Assembly: GCA_965200315.1 (NCBI GenBank)
Contig: OZ241362.1
Location: forward strand, 2,592,001 to 2,656,000
Reading direction: 5' to 3'
Length of the DNA: 64,000 bases
From: Candidatus Latescibacterota bacterium
GTDB taxonomy: Bacteria > Latescibacterota > UBA2968 > UBA8231
Each line of letters opens with the position of its first letter. Positions within the stretch are counted from its first letter, which is position 1. Position numbers and translations under genes: made by a program. Below are positions 8,393-18,515 of this stretch, piece after piece. Below the pieces are notes generated by a model, which worked only from the letters and a program-made list of their open reading frames with translations, had not been told where the DNA came from and searched no databases.

Positions 8393-10336
8393 ATGAACGC
8401 CTTGGGCAGCAAAAATAGAGAAGGGGTACCGTATCGGGCCTTGCTCGTCGGTGCTTTGATGGCCGTGGTGATCAACACGGTTTTTCCCTATGGCCTCTTG
8501 GTGATGGGAACCCTCGATTGGACCGGGGATTTCATCGCCCTGAGCGCGATTTTTCTTCTCTTTCTCCTGCTACTGGTCAACATTCCGCTCAAGTGGCTCG
8601 GGCGCCGATGGACCTTATCGGCCCAAGAGTTGGTGGTGATCTACGCCATGATGGTCGCGGCTTCGGCGATTCCCTCCACTGGGGTCACGGCTCAGTTGGT
8701 CCCCTTTTTGGCCGGAGTCTATTACTACGCCACGCCCGAAAACAACTGGGCCGAATTGCTCCACCCCCATATCCAGCCGTGGCTGGCCCCGCAAGACCCG
8801 ATGGCGGTCAAGTACTTCTATGAAGGGTTGCCCCAAGAGGCGGCCATCCCCTGGGGAGCATGGTTGGTGCCCCTGTTGGCGTGGGCTTCTTTTTTGGCAG
8901 CGCTCTATTTGATGATGATTGCCCTGTCGGCACTGCTGCACGAACAATGGGCCCGCAACGAACGCCTGATCTTCCCGCTCGTCCAGTTGCCGCTGTACAT
9001 GATCCACGAGGACGACAGGCCCTCGGCGGTCAATCCCTTTCTGAAGGAACCGCTGATGTGGCTGGGGTTTGCCATTCCCTTCGTCCTATTGGGAATCAAT
9101 GCCCTGCACAAGTACTATCCCTTTGTTCCGCCCATCGAGTTGTCGACCCAGTTGGCCGTCTTCCACGATATGCGGGGCGTCTTGTTCAACTTGTGGTTTA
9201 TCGTCCTCGGCCTGACGTACTTCCTCAGTCTCGAAGTATCCTTTAGTCTGTGGTTTTTCTACTTGCTCAACTTCTTCCAGTTGGGCCTTTTCAACACCTT
9301 TGGGTTCAGCATTGCAGAAATCCGGCTGATGCACACCGAAGGGTCCATCGCCACCGCTCAGCAAGCCATGGGGGCGTTGATTGCCCTTGTGGCGGCCAGC
9401 TTGTGGACGGCCCGTCGGCACCTCAAAGAGATCGTCGCCAAGGCCTGGAAAAAGAAGGAGCCGGGCGAGGGGCAGATGCTCTCCTACCGCAAGGCGATAT
9501 GGCTCCTGATAGGGGCCTTCCTCTACGCGGTCTTATGGCTGAAAAGCGCGGGCTTGCCCGTGGGGGCGGCCCTGCTGTTGCTCGTTATTGCCTTTGTGGT
9601 ATTCGTCGGGTTGACGCGGATCGTCGCCGAAGGGGGCATGGGGTATGGCCGGGCGCAGATGACGCCAACAGCCTTTGCGCTCAATGCGCTGGGCACGGCA
9701 CCCATTGGGTCGCGCGGATTGATGGTGCTCGGGTTTGCCAATGGCTGGGCCGGGGATATCCGCACGACCGTTATGGCAGCGGCTTCCAACAGCACCCGGC
9801 TGGCCGAAGTAGTAGGGACGCGCCGGCCGCCGCTCTTTTGGGCTTTGCTCATAGCCATCGCCGTGAGTTTGGTCGCCTCGGCTTGGACGGTACTTTCCAT
9901 CGCCTATACCTATGGAGGGGTCAATCTCCACTACTGGTTTTACAGCATTATGGGCCGCTGGACGTTTAACGACCTAGCGGCGAATCAGCTCAATCCGGTG
10001 GCCGCGTGGAATTTCTGGGGGCCGCGGGGCACGTTCACCGGCTTGGGGGCTGGGCTGATGTTTTTGTTGTTGTACCTGCGCCACCGCTTCTTGTGGTGGC
10101 CCATCCATCCGATCGGCCTGCCGGTGGGGGGGACCTATGTGATGTTTTTCGCTTGGTCGAGTATGGCGCTGGGCTGGCTGGCGAAGTGGATCGTATTGAA
10201 GTACGGCGGCGTTAAGCTCTTTCGCCGGCTGCGGCCCTTTTTTCTCGGCATGGTGTTGGGCCAAGTCAGCAGTGCGGGTTTGTGGATGGCGGTGGATCTG
10301 ATTGCCGGGTGGGATGCCGTGGTGACGCGATGGTAG
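8393..10336 (+). CDS. DUF6785/DUF6784-type polytopic membrane protein (putative transporter)
   Basis: W...ERLIFPLVQLP, R..AEGG and C-terminal WWPIHPIG...RPFFLG motifs; many hydrophobic segments; start moved to ATG 8393 because the longer ORF runs through the MITE. Confidence 0.8.
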   Translation: MNALGSKNREGVPYRALLVGALMAVVINTVFPYGLLVMGTLDWTGDFIALSAIFLLFLLLLVNIPLKWLGRRWTLSAQELVVIYAMMVAASAIPSTGVTAQLVPFLAGVYYYATPENNWAELLHPHIQPWLAPQDPMAVKYFYEGLPQEAAIPWGAWLVPLLAWASFLAALYLMMIALSALLHEQWARNERLIFPLVQLPLYMIHEDDRPSAVNPFLKEPLMWLGFAIPFVLLGINALHKYYPFVPPIELSTQLAVFHDMRGVLFNLWFIVLGLTYFLSLEVSFSLWFFYLLNFFQLGLFNTFGFSIAEIRLMHTEGSIATAQQAMGALIALVAASLWTARRHLKEIVAKAWKKKEPGEGQMLSYRKAIWLLIGAFLYAVLWLKSAGLPVGAALLLLVIAFVVFVGLTRIVAEGGMGYGRAQMTPTAFALNALGTAPIGSRGLMVLGFANGWAGDIRTTVMAAASNSTRLAEVVGTRRPPLFWALLIAIAVSLVASAWTVLSIAYTYGGVNLHYWFYSIMGRWTFNDLAANQLNPVAAWNFWGPRGTFTGLGAGLMFLLLYLRHRFLWWPIHPIGLPVGGTYVMFFAWSSMALGWLAKWIVLKYGGVKLFRRLRPFFLGMVLGQVSSAGLWMAVDLIAGWDAVVTRW

Positions 10337-10340
10337 GCTG

Positions 10341-11978
10341 CTACGGCTCGCGCACGGTCAGCACCTGATTGGCCGCCACATCGCGCAGCGTCTGCACCGT
10401 GCCGCTGGGCCAGTGGAGGACGACGCTTTCGACGATGGCGGCGCTGCCCAAACCAAAGTGGACCTTGAGATCGCTGTGCGATAGGAAGCTGGTGCCGCTG
10501 CGCACCTCGGCGGCCTGGTGCTTACCCGCGGCACTTATTTCGATCCGGGTGCCAATTCCGTCGCGGTTGCTGCGAGTGCCTACGGTGGCGATCTGCAAGT
10601 AGTTGCCCTTGTTGCCGCCATCATTGCGCAGGAGATTGGGCGTGCTGTTGAGATTTAAGACGAAGAGGTCGATGTCGCCGTCGCGATCGTAGTCGGCAAA
10701 GCTGGTCCCTCGGCTCACCTCGACTAAGGCAAAGCCCGAACCAGCGCGTGCAGAAACCTCGGCAAAGGTGCCGTCGCCCAAGTTTTGGTAGAGGAAATTA
10801 GGCTCGGCATAGCTGCTGTTGGTATGGGGCAAGTCGGCTTGGGGATAGGTGTGGCCATTGGCCGCGAAGAGGTCTTGGTCGCCATCGTTGTCAAAGTCGA
10901 AAAACCCTGCGCCCCACCCCACCTCGGGAATGCCCTGCGCCGCAATGCGGGATATGAAGGATACGTCGAGAAAAAATCCACCGCGCTGATTTTTGTAGAG
11001 GGTATTGTACTCGCCTTCAAAGTTGGTGACAAAGATATCGAAGTAGCCATCGTTGTCGTAATCGCCAACCGCCGCGCCCATGCACCCCTGTTCGGTGCCG
11101 TCGCCGCTATAGGCCACGCCCGCGCTGAGCCCCGTGTCCACAAAGAGGCCGTCGCCTTGGTTGTGGTACAGATTGTTAGGGGCCGAGTCGTTGGCGACGA
11201 AAATATCGGGCCAGCCATCGCGGTCAAAATCGCCGAAGACGACCCCGTACCCATAGTACTTTGCACCAGCAATGCCGACTTCCTCGCTGCGGTCTGCTAG
11301 GGTGCCGTCACCCCTGTTGTGGTAGAATACATCGCCAGCCGGGAGCAAGCCGCGCGGGCCGCAAAAAATATCGACGGTCTTCCATACACAGGGGACAGTA
11401 GAATTGTATTCCCGCGAAAAGTCGATGTAATTGGCCACGTATAGATCGACATAGCCGTCTAGATCGGCATCGCCGAAAGCGCAGCCGACGCCCCATCTTG
11501 TGTCCCCAACGCCAGCTTTTTCAGTGCCATCCGCAAACGTGCCATCGCCCTGATTCTGATAGAAAGTATTGCGGCCAAAGTTGGTCACGTACAGGTCCAA
11601 ATCGCCGTCGTTGTCGTAGTCGGCAGCGGCACAACCCATGGACCAACTCGTGTCACCCACCCCGGCCGCGCCAGTGACGTCGATAAAGCGATCCCCGTGG
11701 TTGCGGTAGAGGTGGTTGGTCGGCTCTTGGCCCGGTGGAAAGCCTTCAAAGCGGGAGCCGTTGGCCACGTATAGATCGACATAGCCGTCGCTGTCGTAGT
11801 CGAAAAAGGCCGTGCCCCCCACAGCGGTTTCAACGATGTATTCCTGTGTGCGGCCCGAGACGTTCCGCGCCGTGATGCCGAGCGCGGCAGCTTGGTCGGT
11901 GAACTGAGTGGGTAGGGGTTGGGCTGACACGAGGGCCGTACACAGGAGGACGAAGCCTCCGCTAACTAGCGAGTACAT
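10341..11978 (-). CDS. CRTAC1-family protein (FG-GAP + ASPIC/UnbV)
   Basis: Signal peptide; DYDNDGDLDLYVTN repeats; SNRDGIG, SFLSHSD..VHFGLG, WPSG. Confidence 0.93.
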   Translation of the reverse strand: MYSLVSGGFVLLCTALVSAQPLPTQFTDQAAALGITARNVSGRTQEYIVETAVGGTAFFDYDSDGYVDLYVANGSRFEGFPPGQEPTNHLYRNHGDRFIDVTGAAGVGDTSWSMGCAAADYDNDGDLDLYVTNFGRNTFYQNQGDGTFADGTEKAGVGDTRWGVGCAFGDADLDGYVDLYVANYIDFSREYNSTVPCVWKTVDIFCGPRGLLPAGDVFYHNRGDGTLADRSEEVGIAGAKYYGYGVVFGDFDRDGWPDIFVANDSAPNNLYHNQGDGLFVDTGLSAGVAYSGDGTEQGCMGAAVGDYDNDGYFDIFVTNFEGEYNTLYKNQRGGFFLDVSFISRIAAQGIPEVGWGAGFFDFDNDGDQDLFAANGHTYPQADLPHTNSSYAEPNFLYQNLGDGTFAEVSARAGSGFALVEVSRGTSFADYDRDGDIDLFVLNLNSTPNLLRNDGGNKGNYLQIATVGTRSNRDGIGTRIEISAAGKHQAAEVRSGTSFLSHSDLKVHFGLGSAAIVESVVLHWPSGTVQTLRDVAANQVLTVREP

Positions 11979-12024
11979 CGCTTTTGCTGCCAGCTCAAAT
12001 GTGAGGGCCGTGCGACCGTCATGG

Positions 12025-13731
12025 CTAGGGAGCGGGAATTTCTTGGGAAAAAAACTGGAGAGCGAAGTAGTTCAAGGACCCATCTTCTACTTCGACGGTG
12101 GGTTGTAGAGCGCCGCCTCGGTACTGGGTGAGAAAAATATAGGATCTGTACCCCCGTTCTGAAAGGCGTTGCAACAGGTGCTCGTAGTGTCTGGGGGTGG
12201 AGACGTGAAAGAAGGGCCTTTGGTAAAATTCGCCGCAGAGGGCGTGGGGAACCCAGCGCCGATTGGTGATGACGACCTCTTCGCTGCGCTGGCGCATCTC
12301 GCTATTGAGGCGATAGGAGAAGGCTTTCTTCTGCGCGAGAAGCGAAATTCCATACACTTGGGCGGCCAAGCTAATCACTAGCACAGCACCCACAGCGAGA
12401 GCGCTTACTCTGAAGTAGGGCTGCTGGCGTTCCAGCCAGTCAATCAAGTTTGCGGCCGCTAAGACCGCGAAGAGCGGGTAGAGGAGCAGAAAGTAGCGGT
12501 TGCCCCAGTGGATGCCCATGGAACCTACCTTGGGCGCGGCCAAGGCGTAGAGTGCGGCAAAGCTCAAGGCGACCAGCCAAATCCAGCGTCTAAAAGCAGA
12601 CGTTGCGGAACCAGCGGAACGCAAGAAGGCCAAGGCTACAAAGGGAGCCGAGGCAAACAGGGCATTGGACGATTTGAGCATGTAGTCGATGGGACTCGCG
12701 GAAAAAAAATAACCCCCGAGCGACAAACCGGCACTTACTAGGGCCACAGCACTGTACGCGGGCACGGCCTTTGACAAAGCCGGGGGCGCAAAGCGCGGGT
12801 TAAGTACAAAGGCAAGGACGAAGGGAAGGACGAGGACGAGGGATAGCGCGGGAATCGGGTTGGACGCGATGAAGAGGTTGTAAAACACCCGCGGCCGCGC
12901 CTCAAAATGGTGGACCCAGTCGGCGGCCGTGGCCAAGTGCGTATTCAAATGGTAACCGAAGGGATGGCCGATGGTCAGCCATTGGAAGAGCCAGAGCGGC
13001 AGGAGGGAAGCAAAGAGGATCAGGGCCGACGAGACGAGGATTTTTAACCTGCCTGCGCTGGCATAAAAGGCAGTGCATAAGGCCAGCACCAAGCAAAGCA
13101 AATAGAACTCGTCTCTGAAATAGACCGATAATCCGGCCGCGGCCATGCCCAAGCCTAGGTGCTTGGGGGCGGAGTCTGCGAGAAACTGCAACAGATAGCG
13201 CACACTCCAAACCCCCAAACAAATCGCCGGGGTGTGCTCCCAGAAAACGAGACTGTAGAAAAACACCGGCGTGCAGAGTCCGGCGGTGAGGACGGCGACA
13301 TGCCCGACCGCAATTCGCGGAGAGACCAAACTCGCCAGTTGGGCCAAGCCAGCCAACATGGCCAGCGAGGAGAGCGCCGGTAACAGATAAAGCCCCCAAT
13401 GGCCTAAGTGGGCAAAAAAAAGGGCGGAGATAAGGGCAAAGACCGGTGAGAAAACGGAATAGAGTTTGCCGGACTCGACGCGCGTGAAATAATAGGGCAG
13501 GGGATTGTAAACGAAGTCTGGATCGACGATCTGCCCCGGCCAAGGGATGGAAAAATCTGTGTAGCTACTGGTAGCTAAGGCTTGGACTTGGAGGAATTTG
13601 TTGGCGTTATCGGTAATCCAAAAGCCGCGTTTTTCGAGGATGCAGAGGGCGGCGAAATAGCAGACTGAGATGGCGAGCAGAGAGCACAGGACTGAGCGGC
13701 CGGGATGGAATCGGCGGAAGAGAACGACCAT
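12025..13731 (-). CDS. GT-C-like polytopic membrane glycosyltransferase (ArnT/PMT-like; resembles the LA_3751/LA_3752 type)
   Basis: First-loop W.TDN..K, FFYS..FWEH, FRDE, WG.RY motifs; many TM segments. Confidence 0.65.
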   Translation of the reverse strand: MVVLFRRFHPGRSVLCSLLAISVCYFAALCILEKRGFWITDNANKFLQVQALATSSYTDFSIPWPGQIVDPDFVYNPLPYYFTRVESGKLYSVFSPVFALISALFFAHLGHWGLYLLPALSSLAMLAGLAQLASLVSPRIAVGHVAVLTAGLCTPVFFYSLVFWEHTPAICLGVWSVRYLLQFLADSAPKHLGLGMAAAGLSVYFRDEFYLLCLVLALCTAFYASAGRLKILVSSALILFASLLPLWLFQWLTIGHPFGYHLNTHLATAADWVHHFEARPRVFYNLFIASNPIPALSLVLVLPFVLAFVLNPRFAPPALSKAVPAYSAVALVSAGLSLGGYFFSASPIDYMLKSSNALFASAPFVALAFLRSAGSATSAFRRWIWLVALSFAALYALAAPKVGSMGIHWGNRYFLLLYPLFAVLAAANLIDWLERQQPYFRVSALAVGAVLVISLAAQVYGISLLAQKKAFSYRLNSEMRQRSEEVVITNRRWVPHALCGEFYQRPFFHVSTPRHYEHLLQRLSERGYRSYIFLTQYRGGALQPTVEVEDGSLNYFALQFFSQEIPAP

Positions 13732-13760
13732 GTATGGAACGCAGAGAAGTTTGGCGATGC

Positions 13761-14795
13761 TTACGGCGAACTGGGCGACAAATTGTCGAAGACGATGAAC
13801 TGATGCTCAGCCAATCCGAGCTGCTCGGCTAGTGTATAACCAGCGCTCATCGGCAAGGAGGGGTTCAATTCCACGATCATCAGGTCTCGCTTGTCGGTGC
13901 CGATCTGGCCCAACTGGGCCAGTCCGTCCAAGCTGCTCAGGAGGGTATTGCCGCCAATGTAGAGGCTCTTACCCACTTGCCTGAGATTGTCCAATCCAGC
14001 CAAGTTTTGCAGGGCTTGGTTGCGGTTTATGCTCACAGCACCTCCGACCGCCGTCAGAGCGTTCAACCCTTCCAAGTGCTTGAGGACGGGATGCTCATCA
14101 ATGGCCAACCCACCCTTAATAGTCGCAATTCCGTTCAAACCCCGCAGGTCTCTGAGCGCGCCATTGAATATGAGCAGCAAATCCCCCTCTACCACCGAGA
14201 GACTGCCCAGCCCCTTTAGATCTCGCAGGGCCTTGTTATCCCTGATTTTGATGCTACCCCCCACGTGAGTCAGCCCGCTCAGACCATCTATGTTAATCAA
14301 CTCGGTCGTGGCATCGACGAAGAGATGGCCGTCGACGCGCCTGAGCGCTTTAAGCCCATTGAGGTCTCGCAGCGAAAAATTGCAGCTAATCTCGAAATTT
14401 CCTCCCACGCGTTCTAGCTGTTCTAGCCCTTGCAGTGCAATCAATCCATTGGAGAGAATATAGAAATTCCCTTCTACATAGCTGAGATTGTGCAGCCCTT
14501 TCAGGTCGGTCAGTGCCCCGTTATTCCGAATTGCGAAATCTCCCTCTACTCCGACCAGATTGTGCAGCGGCTCTATGCTGCTCAAGTACGCATTCTCCAA
14601 TAAAAAATCCCCCTGCACCACAAAAGCGTTCTTCTGCGCCCCCGCCCAAGCATCTAACTCCTCCTGAGACCCAATAACTATCGCCCCAGTCCCCCCAACG
14701 GCCAGCGGATCTTCAGACTCTCCCTGACAGCCGACCCAAAGGGCGACCCCCAAGACAGAGATTCCAAAACCCCATCTCCAACTAGCCATACTCAC
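13761..14795 (-). CDS. Receptor L-domain/LRR-like repeat lipoprotein
   Basis: Lipobox-like LWVGC; about 10 repeats of ~25 aa, L..L.GL..L..V.G.L.I..N; GTG start overlaps the upstream stop. Confidence 0.8.
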   Translation of the reverse strand: MSMASWRWGFGISVLGVALWVGCQGESEDPLAVGGTGAIVIGSQEELDAWAGAQKNAFVVQGDFLLENAYLSSIEPLHNLVGVEGDFAIRNNGALTDLKGLHNLSYVEGNFYILSNGLIALQGLEQLERVGGNFEISCNFSLRDLNGLKALRRVDGHLFVDATTELINIDGLSGLTHVGGSIKIRDNKALRDLKGLGSLSVVEGDLLLIFNGALRDLRGLNGIATIKGGLAIDEHPVLKHLEGLNALTAVGGAVSINRNQALQNLAGLDNLRQVGKSLYIGGNTLLSSLDGLAQLGQIGTDKRDLMIVELNPSLPMSAGYTLAEQLGLAEHQFIVFDNLSPSSP

Positions 14796-16459
14796 CCGCC
14801 CTTCACGTCTTCCTTCTCTTCCTGAATTTTCAACAAGTTATCCTCGAAAACCTCAACCGAGTACTTCTCGTGTAACCCGCGCATATACTCCACGTACGCG
14901 TTTTGCGAACGTGCAATTTTCACATAAGCCCGCGCCCGCCGCTGTGAAAAAATGTGGTAGGGCTTCTTGGGGGCCGGTTGCTTCTCCGCCACCTTGAACA
15001 CCGAATACCCCCCTCTCACCTTTACCGGCCCCCCCACATCCCCCACTTGCAGATCTTTGGCTACTTTGTAGAGGTCTTGGTATAACCCGACCGGACTCAA
15101 GACCAACCGGCCCTCGTGGTGCGCCCGCTCCTTGCGAATCGTATAGTCACTAGCCAATTGCACCGCGTCGGCACCTCCCACCAACTCCGCTTTCAGACTG
15201 AGGGCCTGCTCCTTAAAGGCCACTAGAATCTCGGTCATGACAATGTTTTCAAAGCCCTGAAACTTCTCGGGATTTTGATCGTAAAAGGCTCTCGCCTCTT
15301 CATCGGTGATCGGCGGCAGCCGCTCCTCAACCTCGCGCTTGCGCAACGCGCTCACCAGCATCTCGCTGCGCTTGTTGGCCACTGCCGAGAGGATCATCTG
15401 ATGTTTATCCAGTCCCTTGCCGCGGGCTTCTTCTAGAAACATCCGATTGGGGATGGCCGAATCCTGTATATAATCGACGATCCAGTTTAGCTCGTAATCG
15501 CGCGAATAACCCTCTTCTTTCTCCGGTATGCTCAGCACGAGATCGTCAATGGTGATCGCGCCGCCGTTGTAGCGGCACAAAACCTCTTCGCCCTCTCCGG
15601 GCAACGCCATCCGCTCTGCGGGCGACAGCGCTAGACGCATCAGCACGTGGTCTAGCTTGTCGTAGTGAATTTGCGGCGCGTACTTGCCAGCGAGCGAATC
15701 GCGCAGAACTTGGGCGCGCTGTAGGCGCTTTTGGGCGAACACCTCTTCCCGGACGAACCGAGCGACCTCCCGAAAGGTGACCGGAGCGTCGTCTAAAATT
15801 TTGACGATCACGTAGCGCTGTGGATCGCCCCAAGGCAGCGGCTCGGAAATCTCGCCGCCCTGCATGGAAAAGATACGCCGGAGCGGCGGGGCCACATCGT
15901 CAATTGTATAGTACTTTTCCACGTCCCCGCCTTGGTCCCGCGTCGCCTCGTAGAGCGAGTGCTTTCTGGCCAATTGACCGAAATCAGCACCAGCCTCAAG
16001 TTCGTCGAGCAGGTCGAGGGCCTCGTCTCGGGCCGCTACCAAAATACCCGCATAGCGCAGTGCGCGATCCCGGTGCGAATCCCGGTAGTACTGCATCAGT
16101 TCCTCTTTGACAATGGAAATTCGCCGATCAATCTCGCTACTTCTGTAGAGCCTGACGGTCTGGTCCGCGGCGAACTGCTCGAGCTTGTGCTTAAACTCCC
16201 GTTCGTCGCCAATGCCAGCTCGTTCCGCTTCGGCGAGCAATAGTTTTTTGTCGATCAGTCCATTGAGCAGAATCCGGTCGGCTGCGACGCCGGTCTTACC
16301 CATCTGGTAGGCTTTGGGGATATTCGCGGCATAGGCCCTGAACTCGCTGACGGCAATGGGTTGGTCTTTTATCTGGGCGAGCACTAGATCGTCTTGGGCT
16401 ATACAGGGAAGCCAAAGCCCTAGGATGCAAGCGACTGAGCGCACTATTCCATTCTTCAT
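14792..16459 (-). CDS. SurA/PrsA-like foldase with two parvulin (PpiC) domains
   Basis: GADFGQLARKHS..GGD and V.GPVKV.GGYSVFKV; start MKNGIV at 16459 gives a signal peptide. Confidence 0.82.
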   Translation of the reverse strand: MKNGIVRSVACILGLWLPCIAQDDLVLAQIKDQPIAVSEFRAYAANIPKAYQMGKTGVAADRILLNGLIDKKLLLAEAERAGIGDEREFKHKLEQFAADQTVRLYRSSEIDRRISIVKEELMQYYRDSHRDRALRYAGILVAARDEALDLLDELEAGADFGQLARKHSLYEATRDQGGDVEKYYTIDDVAPPLRRIFSMQGGEISEPLPWGDPQRYVIVKILDDAPVTFREVARFVREEVFAQKRLQRAQVLRDSLAGKYAPQIHYDKLDHVLMRLALSPAERMALPGEGEEVLCRYNGGAITIDDLVLSIPEKEEGYSRDYELNWIVDYIQDSAIPNRMFLEEARGKGLDKHQMILSAVANKRSEMLVSALRKREVEERLPPITDEEARAFYDQNPEKFQGFENIVMTEILVAFKEQALSLKAELVGGADAVQLASDYTIRKERAHHEGRLVLSPVGLYQDLYKVAKDLQVGDVGGPVKVRGGYSVFKVAEKQPAPKKPYHIFSQRRARAYVKIARSQNAYVEYMRGLHEKYSVEVFEDNLLKIQEEKEDVKGG

Positions 16460-16484
16460 AAATCTAAAACCATAGTTTGTAGGG

Positions 16485-18407
16485 TTAATAAACCAGCCGC
16501 ACGACCGCGACTTCGACATCCTTGGCCTTGTCCGAGTCCACTTCGAGACGCAAAAGATAGAGTCCGGGGGGTAGCAAGTTGCCCGCATCGTCCACGCCCT
16601 CCCAAGCAGCCGAGAACCGGCCACTAGCCGCGCTACTATGGGCCACCTCGCATCGCTTCACTCCCGCCAGATCGTAGAGATCAATCGCCACGGGCACAGC
16701 ACCGCTGAGATTTACCAGATCGTATTCAATCTGTAGCACATCGTTGACGCCATCGCCGTTGGGGGTAAAAAGCCGCGGCGAAAGCCACAATGCCTTGACC
16801 GCCGGATTGGCCACCGTACTCAAGCCGACGCTCAAGGTATTGCTCTCGGCCAGATCATCGGCGTTCCCCTCAGTGATGCGCTGGCGCACTTCATGGGGGA
16901 GTTGGCTATCGAAAACCCGGCCCGAAAACACCGTGCCCACCTGAAAGACCTCGGCCTGAAATTTGACCTCGACCAACTCGCCCGTGCGGTTGAGATCAAT
17001 CCGCGGTACTTGTACCACAAAGCTCTTCGCGTCCCTTTCCGCAATGGTAAAATCCTGTTCTTCGCCGCCGATGTACACTGCGTCAATGCTCGTGACCTCT
17101 ATGGGGGTGTTGATCTCAATGCTGTCGAAGCCGAGATCATTCTGCTCTAAGTTGGGCAGGATTTTGTAGATGAATTGGACGACCTCGCCCACCTCGACTT
17201 GGTGTGGCACGATCTCGGCTAGTACTTGGCTAGCTACCGGCGGCTGGGAGACGCTAAACTGCAAGTACTCCATGCGTCCGGCCGCAAGGGCCCGCTCCGA
17301 GAGGAAGTCCGCCTTGAACTGCAAGTAGCGCCGAGGCCGCGAACCCACCAATTCGGAATGCCCCCTATCGAAGTCGAGCGGTGGCGTCCAGAACTCCCAA
17401 TTTTCGTTGTCTGGGCTGATCCCGGCTTTCTCGCCGGCCTCCAGTCTTTTATAGCGGTCCAGAGTGAGCGGTTCGCCGCTGGTTGCAAAGCGGGAGCGCT
17501 CGTCGCCTCTGAACGTAAAGCGCCAGTAGAAATTGGGATCCGTGTCGTCGCCGCTGCGCATACTTAGATTGACCGTTGCGCCCTGATCTCGGCTGCCCGC
17601 CCAAGTCAGTTCGCCTAGGCTAGAAGCCATACCCAAATCAATGACATTGGATACATAGCTGGCCTGCGAGGCAAAGCCATCGCCGAAAATTTCAAATTCG
17701 GCGATCTCCCAATTGCCAACGGGTGCCTTAAAAAGAATTTCGGCAATGGGCCGGTCGGGCAGTTCCAACTCGAGAAAGGGCTCCAAATTATTGGCAACCG
17801 AGAACACGACATCGTAATCGAGAAAAGCCCCGCGCCAATGGTATTGCCCTTCTCGAGTTCCCTTTTTGCGCGAATCGCCGTCGTTGGTTCCTATCTCGAA
17901 TACCTCGATGAAGCGCTGGTGGGCAAAGCGCTCCGTGGTAGAAATTTTGATGCGCCGGATGGGAAACAGTCCGTTCAGCTCAAACCAGATGCCCTTCTTG
18001 CACGGCGAGCAGTCGGCCGACTGGCTGCGGCCACTTCCCAAATAAGCAGTGGTCAGATCCCCGTCCATCAAGAAGTCTAAGAGGGCTTCCGATTGCCAAC
18101 CGTAGGAATTGTTCGAGCGTATGCCCCCGCCCCGTTCCCGAATCAGCGGCGTCAGATTGACGCCAGGGTCTAAGCGCTGAGGCTCAATAGAACGAGTTGC
18201 GACCTCCAAGAGGTCTATCCTACCGAGCTGTTTTTCATCCACGTCAGCCCAAGACAACTGGATAAATTCAAATTCCCCATCCACTTCCGGCGGCGGCAAT
18301 TCCTCGCCGCCAATGCGATACACGGTGAGCGCCTCAACCGCAGCCAACCCATAGCAAAAGCTCCCTACTAGAGCAACCGCCAAAAGTCGCAGTAAATTCC
18401 CACTCAT
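16485..18407 (-). CDS. Secreted protein with C-terminal FlgD-Ig/CHU_C-type domain (paralog A)
   Basis: Signal peptide; discoidin-like segment (DGD.TT..., IAEFEIFG); C-terminal FTPNGDGVND...YDLAG...WEG.D..G..LPPGLY. Confidence 0.85.
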   Translation of the reverse strand: MSGNLLRLLAVALVGSFCYGLAAVEALTVYRIGGEELPPPEVDGEFEFIQLSWADVDEKQLGRIDLLEVATRSIEPQRLDPGVNLTPLIRERGGGIRSNNSYGWQSEALLDFLMDGDLTTAYLGSGRSQSADCSPCKKGIWFELNGLFPIRRIKISTTERFAHQRFIEVFEIGTNDGDSRKKGTREGQYHWRGAFLDYDVVFSVANNLEPFLELELPDRPIAEILFKAPVGNWEIAEFEIFGDGFASQASYVSNVIDLGMASSLGELTWAGSRDQGATVNLSMRSGDDTDPNFYWRFTFRGDERSRFATSGEPLTLDRYKRLEAGEKAGISPDNENWEFWTPPLDFDRGHSELVGSRPRRYLQFKADFLSERALAAGRMEYLQFSVSQPPVASQVLAEIVPHQVEVGEVVQFIYKILPNLEQNDLGFDSIEINTPIEVTSIDAVYIGGEEQDFTIAERDAKSFVVQVPRIDLNRTGELVEVKFQAEVFQVGTVFSGRVFDSQLPHEVRQRITEGNADDLAESNTLSVGLSTVANPAVKALWLSPRLFTPNGDGVNDVLQIEYDLVNLSGAVPVAIDLYDLAGVKRCEVAHSSAASGRFSAAWEGVDDAGNLLPPGLYLLRLEVDSDKAKDVEVAVVRLVY

Positions 18408-18451
18408 TATCTACTTCCTACACCGCCGGTAAATGATCCAGATAGTAAATA

Positions 18452-18486
18452 AAAGAAGGGGAGGAATAGAATTCCCCCCCTTCTTT
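18452..18486 (-). terminator. Intrinsic terminator downstream of the TWG-tailed protein
   Basis: AAAGAAGGGG(A)GGAAT-AGA-ATTCCCCCCCTTCTTT stem, with a U-tract on the minus strand. Confidence 0.75.
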
Positions 18487-18515
18487 ATGAGGCGCTTATA
18501 CGGCGCAAAAACCGC

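Noticed and set aside
16460-16624. N-terminal extension of the 610-aa foldase ORF
   Set aside because: It overlaps the 3' end of the upstream FlgD gene in another frame; MKNGIV at 16459 gives a signal peptide.
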